From contig CAWAMW010000007.1 in assembly GCA_963783305.1 (NCBI GenBank), positions 192,001 through 256,000 of the forward strand: DNA of 64,000 nucleotides. The letters are read 5' to 3'. Below are positions 30,187 to 40,948 of the stretch, one piece after another. The DNA is from an uncultured Gemmatimonadales bacterium. GTDB taxonomy: Bacteria > Gemmatimonadota > Gemmatimonadetes > Longimicrobiales > RSA9. Made by a program: the position numbers and the translations under genes. The number at the start of each line of letters is the position of its first letter. The stretch's first letter is position 1. The notes beneath the pieces are model-generated. The model had not been told where the DNA came from and did not search any database. It saw only the letters and a program-made list of their open reading frames with translations.

Positions 30187-30753
30187 TTGAACCAGACCGA
30201 CAACAACCCGCCGAGGCGGCTCCGGATCTTCCTCCGGGATCACCGGCTCCTGGACGGCAGCGCACGGGTGCCTCGCGGTCAGTTCCTGTCCACGTACCTC
30301 GCGAGCCGCACCAGGTACGTGAACCTCACGAAGTCGGAGTGGGTGGGGATCGGCGAGCAGGTGGGACACCTGGCCCTGAAGGTCGACAAGATCCTCTGGG
30401 CGGCCTCGGAGGACGGAGAGCTTCCGCTCACGGGCGCCCTCGTCTCCAGCACCGCGCGCCGGGTCGAGGTGGAGCTGGAGGGCGGCTATCTGGTTTCCGC
30501 CGGTCTCCTGCTGGTCCAGGACCAGCGCCTGAGCGACTACCTCCAGTCTGCCCCGCCTTTCGTGCCGCTCCGGAATGCGGAGCTGCGGCCCCGGGGGAAG
30601 AAGCTGGGGGATGTGGTCGTGAACCAGGAGGCCATTCAGGTCGTGCGCGAGATCGCCGGCGAAGCGCCCGACGCGATGCACACCCCGCTGGATGCCGAAG
30701 ACGAGACGCTGAAGGCCGAGGATACGGCCGAGTCCGCCCACCGAGAGGACTAG
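30187..30753 (+). CDS. Hypothetical protein with two tandem DUF6812-like units
   Basis: GAGGAG RBS plus TTG; FLSTYL..YVNLT and RLSDYL..FVPL..VVVN repeats; family assignment from memory. Confidence 0.65.
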   Translation: MNQTDNNPPRRLRIFLRDHRLLDGSARVPRGQFLSTYLASRTRYVNLTKSEWVGIGEQVGHLALKVDKILWAASEDGELPLTGALVSSTARRVEVELEGGYLVSAGLLLVQDQRLSDYLQSAPPFVPLRNAELRPRGKKLGDVVVNQEAIQVVREIAGEAPDAMHTPLDAEDETLKAEDTAESAHRED

Positions 30754-30841
30754 TCGGGGGGGCGACCGGTCCCGGGGACCTCCACTTGAAGGCCCGTTCG
30801 TCCTTTCAACCCGGGGACGGACGGGCTATCTTTTCGCGCCG

Positions 30842-32113
30842 ATGACTATGAACGTGGAGATTACCGGAATCGCGGGCGGCGGCGCTGGCGTGGGGCGGCT
30901 GCCCGACGGCAGAGTCACGTTCGTGCATCGCACCGCTCCGGGGGACGAAGTGGAGGTCCGCGTGGTCGAGGAACGCGGCCGCTGGACCCGTTCCGAGCTC
31001 GTCGCGATCCGGCGGAAGGCGCCGGGAAGGCGGGAGGCCCCGTGCCCCCATTATGATCGGTGCGGCGGGTGCACCCTGGAGCACCTCGAGTACGAGGCAC
31101 AGCTGGAGGCGAAATCCCGCATCGTGGCGGACGCGCTCCAGCGGATCGGCAGGATCGAGATCGACCTCCCGGAAATAACGCCCTCGCCCGACGAGTTCCG
31201 CTACCGCAACCGAGTGAGCTTCACGCTCCGGCGGACCGTAAGTGGTGTGGTGGCGGGGTTCCATGCCCTCGAGGACCCCGACACCATCGTGGACATCACG
31301 GCGGCCTGTCTGCTGCCCGAGCCGGCCGTGGCGGATGTGTGGGGGCGCCTGCGGAGCGAGTGGGGGCGGGACGCGCGGCGGCTGCCCTCGGGTGAGGAGC
31401 TGCGACTGACGCTGCGAGGCAGCGATTCCGGTGCGGTTACCCTGACCGTGGACGGGGGCTATGCGCCCGGTCGACCGGACGAGCTGCTGGAGGCGGTGGA
31501 CGGGCTGGTGGCCATATGGCAGCGCCCGCCGTCGGCGAAGCGCTACAGGCACCTGGCCGGGGATGAGGCGCTGCTGGACCGGTGGGATGAGGACGAGCTC
31601 GAGCTGAGCGGCGATGTCTTCACCCAGGTCAACCGCAAGGCGGCGGGGGCCCTGCAGTCGTACGTGCTGGAGCTGGTGGGGCGCGGCAGCCCGGCGCACG
31701 TGCTGGACGCGTACTGCGGTGTGGGGCTGTACGCGCGACGGCTGGAGCGAGAAGGTGTGAAGGTTACCGGAATCGAGGCGCATCCCGCGGCCGTCCGGGA
31801 GGCGGAGCGGGCGGCCCCCGCGGCCCGTTTCCTCGAGGGACGGGTGGAGGAGCTGCTTGCGGAGGGGCTGCCCGCAGATACCGCCATCCTGAATCCGCCC
31901 CGGGCGGGGCTTGCGGCCGGCGCCACGGAGGCGCTGGCGACGGCCCCTCCAGCGCGCGTCGTCTACGTGAGCTGTGACCCGGCCACACTCGCACGGGACC
32001 TGAAACGACTCAAGGACGAGTACCGGGTCCTGGGCGTCCGGTGCTTCGATCTTTTCCCCCAGACGGCGCACGTCGAGACCGTCGTGGAGTTGGAATCATG
32101 CGCTACTTCGTAA
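30842..32113 (+). CDS. rlmD: TRAM-domain RNA (uracil-5)-methyltransferase, RlmD/TrmA family
   Basis: CPHYDRCGGC Fe-S motif, FTQVN, DAYCGVG, NPPRAG, YVSCDPATLARD, FPQTAHVE. Confidence 0.88.
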   Translation: MTMNVEITGIAGGGAGVGRLPDGRVTFVHRTAPGDEVEVRVVEERGRWTRSELVAIRRKAPGRREAPCPHYDRCGGCTLEHLEYEAQLEAKSRIVADALQRIGRIEIDLPEITPSPDEFRYRNRVSFTLRRTVSGVVAGFHALEDPDTIVDITAACLLPEPAVADVWGRLRSEWGRDARRLPSGEELRLTLRGSDSGAVTLTVDGGYAPGRPDELLEAVDGLVAIWQRPPSAKRYRHLAGDEALLDRWDEDELELSGDVFTQVNRKAAGALQSYVLELVGRGSPAHVLDAYCGVGLYARRLEREGVKVTGIEAHPAAVREAERAAPAARFLEGRVEELLAEGLPADTAILNPPRAGLAAGATEALATAPPARVVYVSCDPATLARDLKRLKDEYRVLGVRCFDLFPQTAHVETVVELESCATS

Positions 32114-32625
32114 CGGTGGCCGGGCGCGAGTTCGAGGTGGACCTGCGCTCGGATGTCCCGACGGTGGACGGCGAGCCGCTGGACGCCTCGCTGAACCTGA
32201 TCCCCGGCACCCCGGTGCGGCACCTGCTGACGGATCGGCGCTCGCAGGCGCTGGTGGCGCGGCCGGGGGAGAAGGGCTTCTGGGACATTCACCTGAACGG
32301 TGACCGCTATGAAGTGGAGGTCGTGGACGAGAGGACGCGCGCCATCCGGGCACTGACAGGACAGGGGTCGGCGGCGCAGGGGCCGCGTCCGATCCGTGCG
32401 CCCATGCCGGGGCTGGTGGTGCGGGTGGACGTGGAAGAGGGAGACACGGTGCAGGCGGGACAGACGGTGGCGATCATCGAGGCCATGAAGATGGAGAACA
32501 ATCTCAAGGCTGCGTCCGACGGAGTCGTCTCACGGGTGAAGGTCCGGGCGGGTGAGCCGGTGGAAAAGGGGACGGTCCTCGTGGAGCTGGCAGCGGCGGA
32601 GGGAGGGACCGAGAGCGATGGGTGA
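32098..32625 (+). CDS. Biotin carboxyl carrier protein
   Basis: APMPG and EAMKM biotinylation motif. Confidence 0.92.
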   Translation: MRYFVTVAGREFEVDLRSDVPTVDGEPLDASLNLIPGTPVRHLLTDRRSQALVARPGEKGFWDIHLNGDRYEVEVVDERTRAIRALTGQGSAAQGPRPIRAPMPGLVVRVDVEEGDTVQAGQTVAIIEAMKMENNLKAASDGVVSRVKVRAGEPVEKGTVLVELAAAEGGTESDG

Positions 32626-34180
32626 CGGGGCGCGGCGGACCACGAGCGGAGTGGACGTGGAGCGGCTGTACGGGCCGGAGCGGACGATCGATCCACAGTC
32701 TCTCGGCGACCCGGGCGAGTATCCGTTCACCCGGGGTGTCTATCCGGACATGTATCGTGGGCGACTGTGGACCATGCGGCAATACGCCGGCTTCGGCACC
32801 GCCCAGGAGACCAACCAGCGCTATCGATACCTGCTGGACGCGGGACAGACCGGGCTGAGCGTGGCCTTCGACCTGCCCACGCAGATGGGGTACGACTCGG
32901 ACGCCTCCATGGCGGCCGGTGAAGTGGGGCGGGTGGGTGTCGCGATCGACACGCTCGAGGACATGCGCCGTCTCTTCGACGGCATCCCCCTCGAGCAGGT
33001 TTCGGTCTCGATGACGATCAACGCCACCGCGGCCGTTCTCCTCGCCCTGTATGTGGCGCTGGGCGACGAGCGGGGGGTTGCGCGGGAGAAGCTGTCCGGG
33101 ACGATCCAGAACGACATCCTGAAGGAGTACATCGCCCGGGGCACCTACATCTACCCGGTGGAGCCCAGCCTGCGCCTCATCACGGACACGTTCGCCTTCT
33201 GTGCCAATGAGGTGCCCCGCTGGAACACCATCTCCATCAGCGGCTATCACATCCGCGAGGCCGGTGCTACGGCCGCGCAGGAGGTGGCGTTCACCTTTGC
33301 GAACGCGCTCGAGTATGTGGATCGGGCCGTGGCCGCGGGACTGGCGGTGGACGACTTCGCGCCGCGCCTGTCCTTCTTCTTCGCGGCGCACAACGACCTC
33401 TTCGAGGAGGTGGCAAAGTTCCGCGCCGCGCGCCGGCTGTGGGCGCGGCTCATGCGCGAGCGCTACGACGCCACGGGGAAATCGCTGCTGCTGCGGTTCC
33501 ACACGCAGACGGGCGGCGTGACGCTCACGGCTCAGCAGCCGCTCAACAACGTGGTGCGGGTGACGGTCCAGGCGCTCTCGGCGGTGCTCGGCGGCACGCA
33601 GTCGCTGCACACGAACGCCTACGACGAGGCGCTGGCGCTCCCCACGGCGGAGTCCGCGAAGCTCGCGCTTCGCACGCAGCAGATCCTGGCGCACGAGTCC
33701 GGTACGGCCCAGACCGTGGACCCCCTCGGCGGGAGCTACTACGTCGAGTCGCTCACGGACGCGCTGGAAGAGAAAGTGCGGGAGTACCTGGCGGAAGTTG
33801 CCGAGCAGGGCGGTGCGGCCCGGTCCATCGCGTACTTCCAGGAGGAGATCCACCGGTCGGCGTACGATCACCAGCGTGCGGTGGAGAGCGGGGAGCGTGT
33901 GATCGTGGGGGTGAACGAATACCGCGACGACGAAGGCCGAACGCGGATCCAGCAGCCCGACTATGGTGCCCTCGAGCGCGAGCAGCAGGAGCGGGTCCGG
34001 GAGGTGCGCGAGCGGCGTGATGCCGGCGCGGTCATGAACGCGCTGACCGCGGTGCGAGAGGCCGCTCGAAGCGATGCCAACCTGGTTCCGCCCATGGTGG
34101 AGGCGGTGAAGGCCCTGGCCACGCTGGGTGAGATCAGCGACATCCTCCGTGAAGAGTGGGGCCAGTACCACGAACGCTGA
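32618..34180 (+). CDS. Methylmalonyl-CoA mutase, substrate-binding (large) subunit without B12 domain
   Basis: [43 protein letters not shown]; no DxHxxG. Confidence 0.9.
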   Translation: MGDGARRTTSGVDVERLYGPERTIDPQSLGDPGEYPFTRGVYPDMYRGRLWTMRQYAGFGTAQETNQRYRYLLDAGQTGLSVAFDLPTQMGYDSDASMAAGEVGRVGVAIDTLEDMRRLFDGIPLEQVSVSMTINATAAVLLALYVALGDERGVAREKLSGTIQNDILKEYIARGTYIYPVEPSLRLITDTFAFCANEVPRWNTISISGYHIREAGATAAQEVAFTFANALEYVDRAVAAGLAVDDFAPRLSFFFAAHNDLFEEVAKFRAARRLWARLMRERYDATGKSLLLRFHTQTGGVTLTAQQPLNNVVRVTVQALSAVLGGTQSLHTNAYDEALALPTAESAKLALRTQQILAHESGTAQTVDPLGGSYYVESLTDALEEKVREYLAEVAEQGGAARSIAYFQEEIHRSAYDHQRAVESGERVIVGVNEYRDDEGRTRIQQPDYGALEREQQERVREVRERRDAGAVMNALTAVREAARSDANLVPPMVEAVKALATLGEISDILREEWGQYHER

Positions 34181-34254
34181 TGCAGCGCTCGCCGGAGAGG
34201 GCCCCGCGGGGCCCCGGGCGGCGCACGACCTGAACGAGGAAACCGAGAGCTAGC

Positions 34255-34605
34255 GTGCCGACGTACGAGTATCGGTGCCCCGAGGGGCACGAGTTCGAGA
34301 AGTTCCAACGGATGAGCGACCCGCCCGAGGCGGATTGCCCGGAGTGCGCGCGGGCCGCCGAGCGGATCCTTTCCGGTGGCGCGGGCCTCCTGTTCAAGGG
34401 CGAGGGCTTCTACATCACCGACTATCGGAGCGACAGCTACAAGAAGGCGGCGCAGAAGGACAAGTCGGGATCCGAGTCGAAATCGGAATCCAAGGGCTCT
34501 TCGAGTGGCGAATCGAAGTCGGGGTCGGGCGGCTCGGGCGGCTCGGGCGGGTCGGGCGGGTCGTCGTCGAAGTCGTCGGACAGCAAGACGCGGAGCAAGG
34601 AGTGA
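34255..34605 (+). CDS. FmdB-family zinc-ribbon protein with Ser/Gly-rich tail
   Basis: MPTYEYRC..GHEFE..CPEC, FKGEGFYITDY. Confidence 0.88.
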   Translation: MPTYEYRCPEGHEFEKFQRMSDPPEADCPECARAAERILSGGAGLLFKGEGFYITDYRSDSYKKAAQKDKSGSESKSESKGSSSGESKSGSGGSGGSGGSGGSSSKSSDSKTRSKE

Positions 34606-36287
34606 CGGCCGAAGACGCGCTGCGGGCCAGGCTGGCGGAGATGGCCGAGTCCCTCGGCGCGCCGGGTGTGGAGCCCCAGCTCGACCGGCCGCGCAACCCG
34701 GAGCACGGCGACTGGGCGACCAACCTGGCGATGGTGCTGGCGAGCCGGCTCAAGCGGCCGCCCCGGCAGATCGCCGAGGAGATCGCCGCCAACCTGGACC
34801 TGTCCGGCGCCGGGGTGCGCAGTGCGGAGGTTGCGGGCCCCGGCTTCATCAATTTCCGCCTGACAGGCGCACAGCTGGCCACGCTTCTCGACCGCGTTCT
34901 GGAGGAGGACCTGGACTACGGGCGATCCGGGGGCGTGGCCGACGGTCCCGTCATGGTGGAGTTCGTTTCCGCCAATCCCACCGGTCCGCTGCACATCGGC
35001 CACGGGCGCCAGGCCGCGCTGGGCGATGGGATCGCGAGCCTGCTGGAATGGACCGGTCGCACGGTCCAGCGGGAGTTCTACTACAACGATTCCGGGCGGC
35101 AGATGGACCTCCTTGCCCGAAGCGTATGGGCGCGGTACCAGGAGCGGCTGGGGCAGGACGTGGAGTTCCCTTCCGAGGGCTACCATGGCGAGTACGTGCA
35201 GGACGTCGCGGCGAGTCTGGAGGCGGAGGTAGGGGACCGGTACCGCGGCGACGATTCCCAGGAGGCACTGGACGCCATGCGTCGTCATGCCGTGGGGATC
35301 TTGCGGCGGGAGCAGGACCGGGACCTGGAGGCGTTCGGCGTCCATTTCGACCACCACTTCCTGGAGTCATCGCTGTACGAGGGTGGACGTGTGGAGGGCA
35401 CCGCCGACGCGCTGCGGGAGACCGGTCTCGTGTACGAGCACGAGGGTGCCGTGTGGCTGAAGACCACCGAGTACGGCGACTCGAAGGACCGGGTCATGAT
35501 CCGGAGCGATGGTGCGCCCACGTACTTCCTGCCGGACATCGCCTACCACGTGACGAAGTGGGAGCGGGGCTTCCACGACGCCATCAACGTGCAGGGCTCC
35601 GACCATCACGGCACCGTGGCGCGGGTGCGGGCCGGGCTGCAGGCGCTGGGTCTGCCAGCGGGTTACCCCGAGTATGTGCTGCACCAGATGGTGCGGCTGG
35701 AGCGGGGCGGCCGCGAGGTGAAGTTCTCGAAGCGGGCTGGGTCGTATACCACGCTCCGGGAACTGTTCGAGGAGACCGGCACGGACGTGGCTCGCTACTT
35801 CTTCCTCATGCGGCGGGCCGAGACCCAGATGGTCTTCGACCTGGACCTTGCCCTGGACCAGTCGGACAAGAACCCGGTCTACAAGGTCCAGTACGCGCAC
35901 GCCCGGCTCACCAGCATCTTCCGGAAGGCCGGGGTGGACCCGGACTCGGCCGGTGCCGGGGCGGACACGGGACTGCTCCAGACCGAGGACGAGCAGGCGC
36001 TCATGAAGCAGCTCGGCCAGCTGCCGGAGGTCATCGAGAGGGCGGCGGCGGGTCGTGCGCCGCACCTGGTCTGTGACTACCTTGAGGAGACGGCGGGGAT
36101 GGCCAACTCCTGGTACCACTCGGGGAACCCGAGCCGGAACCCGGAGCTGGCCGTGCTGGTGGATGATCCGGACCTCAGGGAAGCGCGGCTCACGCTGGCC
36201 CGGGGGGTCCGGATCGTGTTGCGTAACGGGCTCCGGGTCCTGGGACTGACGGCGCCGGACCGGATGGCGAGAGAGGACGTGGAATGA
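34602..36287 (+). CDS. argS: Arginine--tRNA ligase
   Basis: GPGFINF, EFVSANPTGPLHIGHGR (HIGH), FSKRAG, VQYAHAR. Confidence 0.97.
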   Translation: MTAEDALRARLAEMAESLGAPGVEPQLDRPRNPEHGDWATNLAMVLASRLKRPPRQIAEEIAANLDLSGAGVRSAEVAGPGFINFRLTGAQLATLLDRVLEEDLDYGRSGGVADGPVMVEFVSANPTGPLHIGHGRQAALGDGIASLLEWTGRTVQREFYYNDSGRQMDLLARSVWARYQERLGQDVEFPSEGYHGEYVQDVAASLEAEVGDRYRGDDSQEALDAMRRHAVGILRREQDRDLEAFGVHFDHHFLESSLYEGGRVEGTADALRETGLVYEHEGAVWLKTTEYGDSKDRVMIRSDGAPTYFLPDIAYHVTKWERGFHDAINVQGSDHHGTVARVRAGLQALGLPAGYPEYVLHQMVRLERGGREVKFSKRAGSYTTLRELFEETGTDVARYFFLMRRAETQMVFDLDLALDQSDKNPVYKVQYAHARLTSIFRKAGVDPDSAGAGADTGLLQTEDEQALMKQLGQLPEVIERAAAGRAPHLVCDYLEETAGMANSWYHSGNPSRNPELAVLVDDPDLREARLTLARGVRIVLRNGLRVLGLTAPDRMAREDVE

Positions 36288-37210
36288 GTATTCTCGTGGT
36301 GGGCAGCGTGGCCACCGACCGGATCGAGACCCCTTTCGGGAAAGCCGATCGGACGCTGGGCGGCGCAGCCACCTACTTTTCGGCCGCCGCCTCCCTCTTC
36401 CAGCCGGTCTCCCTCGTAGGAGTCATTGGCACCGACTTCCCGGAGCACGAGCTCCAGTTCCTGAAGGACCGGGGCGTGGACATGGTCGGTCTGGAGAAGG
36501 CGGAAGGCGAAAGCTTCTTCTGGTCCGGCCGGTACCACTTCGACCTGAACAACCGGGACACGCTGGAGACGCGCCTGGGCGTTTTCGCCGATTTCCAGCC
36601 CAAGATCCCGGAGCACTGCCGGGACGCGGAGTGGGTGTTCCTGGCGAACATCGATCCCCAGCTCCAACTCGACGTGCTGGACCAGGTGGACGCGCCCAAA
36701 TTCACGGCGGCCGACACCATGAACTACTGGATCGAGGGCCACCGGGACAAGCTCCTGGATCTACTCGGCCGCATCGACTGCCTCATGCTCAACGACAGCG
36801 AGGCCCGCGAGCTTTCCGGTGATTACAACCTGACCCGCGCCGCCCGCTGGATCCGCGACCGGGGTCCGCGGATCGTGGTGGTCAAGAAGGGGGAGCATGG
36901 AGCGCTGCTCTTCACCGACAACCACATCTTCTTCGCCCCTGGCTACCCGCTGGAAGAGGTCTTCGACCCCACCGGCGCGGGCGATTCCTTCGCCGGGGGG
37001 TTCATGGGCTGGCTGGCGCACGCCGGCTCTTTCGGTGAGGACGAGCTGCGCAGGGCCATGATCTATGGCTCCGCCACCGGGTCTCTGGTGTGCGAGAAGA
37101 TGGGAGTGGAGCGGCTGCGAGAGCTCGATGTCGAGGAAGTGCACGAGCGTGTGAGGGAGTTCCGGAGGATGACGGTGTTCGAGCACCCCGTGGCCAGGGC
37201 CCATGGCTGA
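36284..37210 (+). CDS. PfkB-family carbohydrate/nucleoside kinase
   Basis: GGAATY, DPTGAGDSFAGG. Confidence 0.88.
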   Translation: MSILVVGSVATDRIETPFGKADRTLGGAATYFSAAASLFQPVSLVGVIGTDFPEHELQFLKDRGVDMVGLEKAEGESFFWSGRYHFDLNNRDTLETRLGVFADFQPKIPEHCRDAEWVFLANIDPQLQLDVLDQVDAPKFTAADTMNYWIEGHRDKLLDLLGRIDCLMLNDSEARELSGDYNLTRAARWIRDRGPRIVVVKKGEHGALLFTDNHIFFAPGYPLEEVFDPTGAGDSFAGGFMGWLAHAGSFGEDELRRAMIYGSATGSLVCEKMGVERLRELDVEEVHERVREFRRMTVFEHPVARAHG

Positions 37211-38243
37211 CGGGCTCAGCTACCGGGACGCCGGGGTCGACCGGGAGATGGCGGAGCGCGCCAAGGACCGGATCGCGGAGCTGGTCGCGTCCACCGACAC
37301 CGATGGAGTGCTCTCGAAGGTGGGGTCCTTTGGTGGACTTTTCCGAATGCCCAAGGACGCCACTTCACCGGTGCTGGTCTCCAGCGCGGACGGCGTGGGG
37401 ACGAAGCTGAAGGTGGCGATGCGCGCCGGCCGCCACGACACCGTGGGTCACGACCTCGTCAACCACTGCGTGGACGACATCCTGGTGGAAGGCGCGCGCC
37501 CGCTGTTCTTCCTGGACTACATCGGGATGGGGGCCCTCGAGGAGGGCGTGGTGGGGGAGCTGGTCGAGGGGCTGGCCCGGGGCTGCCGTGAGAACGGCTG
37601 CGCCCTCCTCGGCGGCGAGACCGCCGAGATGCCGGACTTCTATGCGCCCGGCGAGTACGACCTGGCCGGCTTCATCGTCGGAATGACGGAGGAGGACCGG
37701 CGGCCGGGGGTGAACCGGGTGAGGGAAGGGGCCGTGCTCGTGGCGCTCGCTTCCGGCGGGTTCCATACCAATGGCTACTCGCTGCTGCGGAAGCTCCTGT
37801 TCGAGCGTCTGTCGCTCGACCTGGACGACCCGTTCCCGGAGGACGGCCGTCCCGTGGGCGATGTGCTGCTCCAGGTGCACCGCAGCTATCTGAAGCCGGT
37901 GCTTCCGCTCATCGAGGACGGCACCGTGCATGCCCTCGCCCATATCACGGGTGGCGGGATCCCCGGGAACCTCTCGCGCTCCCTGCCCAGCGGCGCACGG
38001 GCGCGGATCGATCGGTCGAGCTGGACCGTGCCACCGGCCTTCCGCGGTGTGATGGAAGCGGGCGGGATCGACGAAATGGAGATGTTTCAAACCTTCAACA
38101 TGGGCATTGGCATGATCCTCGTCGTGGACGGGGACGCGGCCGATGACGTGGTCAGGGCTCTCGAACATGCGGGCGAGCAAGCGTGGGTTCTCGGAACCGT
38201 GGAGCAGCGGCCGGATGATGGAGACGCTGTCGTACTGGAGTAG
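37203..38243 (+). CDS. purM: Phosphoribosylformylglycinamidine cyclo-ligase
   Basis: DGVGTK, GGETAEMP, HTNGYSL, HITGGG, TFNMGIG. Confidence 0.96.
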   Translation: MADGLSYRDAGVDREMAERAKDRIAELVASTDTDGVLSKVGSFGGLFRMPKDATSPVLVSSADGVGTKLKVAMRAGRHDTVGHDLVNHCVDDILVEGARPLFFLDYIGMGALEEGVVGELVEGLARGCRENGCALLGGETAEMPDFYAPGEYDLAGFIVGMTEEDRRPGVNRVREGAVLVALASGGFHTNGYSLLRKLLFERLSLDLDDPFPEDGRPVGDVLLQVHRSYLKPVLPLIEDGTVHALAHITGGGIPGNLSRSLPSGARARIDRSSWTVPPAFRGVMEAGGIDEMEMFQTFNMGIGMILVVDGDAADDVVRALEHAGEQAWVLGTVEQRPDDGDAVVLE

Positions 38244-39249
38244 GCGACCCGGGGTCGCGGCGCGTGTCTGCGCGTTGACGCTCCTCGGTGGGCTCCTCTC
38301 GGTGGTGGTGCCCACCGGGGCACGCGCTCAGAGCGACGACCTCAGCCGGGCGTGTGTCAGCCCGTACAGCGTTCCGAGCGACCCGGTGTCCGCGGAGTGT
38401 GCGCTCTCCGTGGCGGCGGTCCGACTGATCCAGCCCAGAGTGGGTCTCGCTCTCTTCGGCGGGAGCCCCGTTCCCGGCAGCGCGAGCACGCTCGGCATGC
38501 GACTCGGGTCGGTCCCGCGGTTCAGCCTGTCCGGCCGGACCATCGTACTGCCCATGGAGCTGCCGCCCCTGGCGGACCGGGCGGTGAACCTGCAGCCCAT
38601 GCCGAACCTCAGGCCCGGCGAGGGCGTGGGCGCGCTGGCGTTCGGGCTGTCGGGGCAGGCGACCGTGGGGCTGCTGTCCGGGTGGTCGCCGCTCCCGACC
38701 GTCGGCGGCGTGCTGGCGGTGGACGCCATCGGGCGCGCCTCCTGGCTCCACCTCCCGGGCGAGCAGGGCTTCGACGGGAGCAGCGTCTGGGGCGCCTCGC
38801 TCGGCGTTCGGGTGGGTGCGCTCCGGGAGTCGTTCACGCTCCCGGGGATCTCCGTCACCGGATCGTACGGGCGGAGCACGAGCTTCACGTTCGGTGAGCC
38901 GAACGACCCCACGGGCGGTCACATAGAGACGGGCGTCGGGAACTGGAATCTCACGGGTGCCCTCACCAAGCGGATCGGCGCGATGGGCTTTACCGGCGGC
39001 GTCGCCTTCGACCGGTACACGGGGGACGTGGAGTTCTCCTACGTGGGCGGCCCGGTGAATGGGGTGCGGGCGGATGCCGCCACGGACCGCTGGTCGGCGT
39101 TCGCGAACGCCTCGTGGACGTTCCTGATCCTCCACGCGTCTCTGGAGGCCGGATGGCAGGACGCGCCCGTGCCAGGCGGTCTGCCACAGGGGACGACGCT
39201 GGATCCCACGGGCTGGTGGGTGGGCACCGCCCTTCGCATGTCGATCTGA
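38215..39249 (+). CDS. Hypothetical exported, probable outer-membrane beta-barrel protein (start uncertain)
   Basis: Signal peptide (ARA-Q), alternating beta-strand pattern, C-terminal WWVGTALRMSI. Confidence 0.6.
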   Translation: MMETLSYWSRRPGVAARVCALTLLGGLLSVVVPTGARAQSDDLSRACVSPYSVPSDPVSAECALSVAAVRLIQPRVGLALFGGSPVPGSASTLGMRLGSVPRFSLSGRTIVLPMELPPLADRAVNLQPMPNLRPGEGVGALAFGLSGQATVGLLSGWSPLPTVGGVLAVDAIGRASWLHLPGEQGFDGSSVWGASLGVRVGALRESFTLPGISVTGSYGRSTSFTFGEPNDPTGGHIETGVGNWNLTGALTKRIGAMGFTGGVAFDRYTGDVEFSYVGGPVNGVRADAATDRWSAFANASWTFLILHASLEAGWQDAPVPGGLPQGTTLDPTGWWVGTALRMSI

Positions 39250-40340
39250 TGAGCCCGGCCGCCCCTGACACCGACGATCGGTTCATGGGCAGGGCGCTCG
39301 AGCTGGCGGCCGAGGGGTGGGGCCGTGTGCACCCCAACCCGCTGGTGGGCGCCGTGGTGGTCCTGAACGGCGTGGTGGTGGGCGAGGGTGCTCACCGCGA
39401 GTTCGGAGGGCCGCACGCAGAGGTGGAAGCGCTGAAGGCCGCGGGGCCGAAGGCACGGGGAGCCACGCTGTACGTGACGCTCGAGCCGTGCGCGCACCAC
39501 GGCAAGACGCCCCCGTGCACCACCGCCATCCTCGAGCACGGGATCCGACGTCTCGTCTACGCCGCGCGCGATCCGAATCCCGAGGCCACCGGGGGCGGAG
39601 CACGGCTCGCCCAGCAGGGCCTCGAGGTCGTGAGTGGGGTGGGCGCGGACCGCGCCCGGCGTCAGAATGCTCTCTTTCTCCATCCGATCGAGGCCGAGCG
39701 CCCCTTCACCGCGCTCAAGTTCGGAATGACGCTGGACGCGCGGATTTCGAGGGAGGCCGGTGAGCGGACGGCTATTACGGGCCCGGAGTCGCAGGCGGAG
39801 GTTCATCGGCTCAGGTCCGGCTTCGACGCGGTTCTCGTGGGGGGCAGGACGGCGCGGGTGGACGACCCGGAGCTGACGGTGCGCCACGCGCCCCCACCGC
39901 GCGTACCCCCTGTCCGTGTGGTGATGGACCCGATGGCGCGACTCCCGCCGGAGAGCCGGCTCGCTACGACGGCCGGCGACGTCCCGGTGCGGGCGCTGGT
40001 GGCGCCGGACGCGCCAGGGGACCGGGTGGCGGCGCTGCGGCGCTCCGGCGTGGACGTCGTCGAGGTCCCGAGGGTGCAGTCGGGGCTGGACCTGGACGCC
40101 AGCCTGGAGGCGCTCTGGGAGCGCGGCATCCGGACCATCTTCTGCGAGGGCGGCGGCCGATTGGCGTCGTCGCTGCTCGAGGGCGGTCAGGTCCAGCGTC
40201 TGTACCTGTTCGTGGCCCCGGTGGTGTTCGGTGGAAGCGGTGTGCCTGCTTTTCCGGGCGATTCAGTGTTCCGGGGCGAGCGGCCGGAGGTGCGGCAGCT
40301 CGGCTCAGACACTCTTCTAGTCATAGATCGGAGCGCATGA
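39249..40340 (+). CDS. ribD: Riboflavin biosynthesis deaminase/reductase
   Basis: PNPLVG, HAE, TLEPC..TPPC, TLDARI, EGGG. Confidence 0.95.
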   Translation: MSPAAPDTDDRFMGRALELAAEGWGRVHPNPLVGAVVVLNGVVVGEGAHREFGGPHAEVEALKAAGPKARGATLYVTLEPCAHHGKTPPCTTAILEHGIRRLVYAARDPNPEATGGGARLAQQGLEVVSGVGADRARRQNALFLHPIEAERPFTALKFGMTLDARISREAGERTAITGPESQAEVHRLRSGFDAVLVGGRTARVDDPELTVRHAPPPRVPPVRVVMDPMARLPPESRLATTAGDVPVRALVAPDAPGDRVAALRRSGVDVVEVPRVQSGLDLDASLEALWERGIRTIFCEGGGRLASSLLEGGQVQRLYLFVAPVVFGGSGVPAFPGDSVFRGERPEVRQLGSDTLLVIDRSA

Positions 40341-40948
40341 TGTTCAGCGGTATCGTGGAGGCGGTGGGGCGGGTAGAGCGCGTGGACGCGGCGGACAATG
40401 GCCGCCGCTTCCGGATCTCGGCGCCGTTCGCGCAGGAGCTGGGAGAGGGCGACTCCGTGGCGGTGGAGGGAGTGTGCCTCACGGCCACGGCGCTGGACGG
40501 CGCCGTGTTCGAGGTGGAAGCCATCGCCACAACGCTGTCCCGCACGACGCTGGGCGAGCTCGAAGAAGGGGCCGCGGTGAACCTGGAGCGGGCGCTCGCC
40601 CTGGGTGACCGCCTCGGCGGGCACCTGGTTCAGGGGCATGTGGACGCCGTGGGCGAGGTCGTGGCGGTGACGCGGGAGGGCGAGCACGTTCTTCTGGACG
40701 TGCGGCTGCCGGGGGTCGTTTCCGAGGTCACCGTTCTGCACGGCTCCATTGCGATCGCGGGAGTGAGCTTGACGGTGAATGCCATGCGGGCGTCAGACGT
40801 GGCGCAGGTGGCGCTGATCCCGTACACCTGGGATCACACGACGCTGCGGGACCTTCGGCCCGGAGGCGGGGTTAACCTCGAGGGAGACATGCTGGGACGG
40901 TTCGTGGTGGACTACATGAAGAAGCGCGGCCAGAAGGAGGCCGGATGA
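40337..40948 (+). CDS. ribE: Riboflavin synthase
   Basis: MFSGIVE, GVCLT, GGHLVQGHVD, VNLE. Confidence 0.95.
   Translation: MMFSGIVEAVGRVERVDAADNGRRFRISAPFAQELGEGDSVAVEGVCLTATALDGAVFEVEAIATTLSRTTLGELEEGAAVNLERALALGDRLGGHLVQGHVDAVGEVVAVTREGEHVLLDVRLPGVVSEVTVLHGSIAIAGVSLTVNAMRASDVAQVALIPYTWDHTTLRDLRPGGGVNLEGDMLGRFVVDYMKKRGQKEAG

Noticed and set aside
34480..34580. TCGGGCGGC-type 9-bp repeats
   Set aside because: Ordinary Gly/Ser low-complexity tail typical of FmdB-family proteins.
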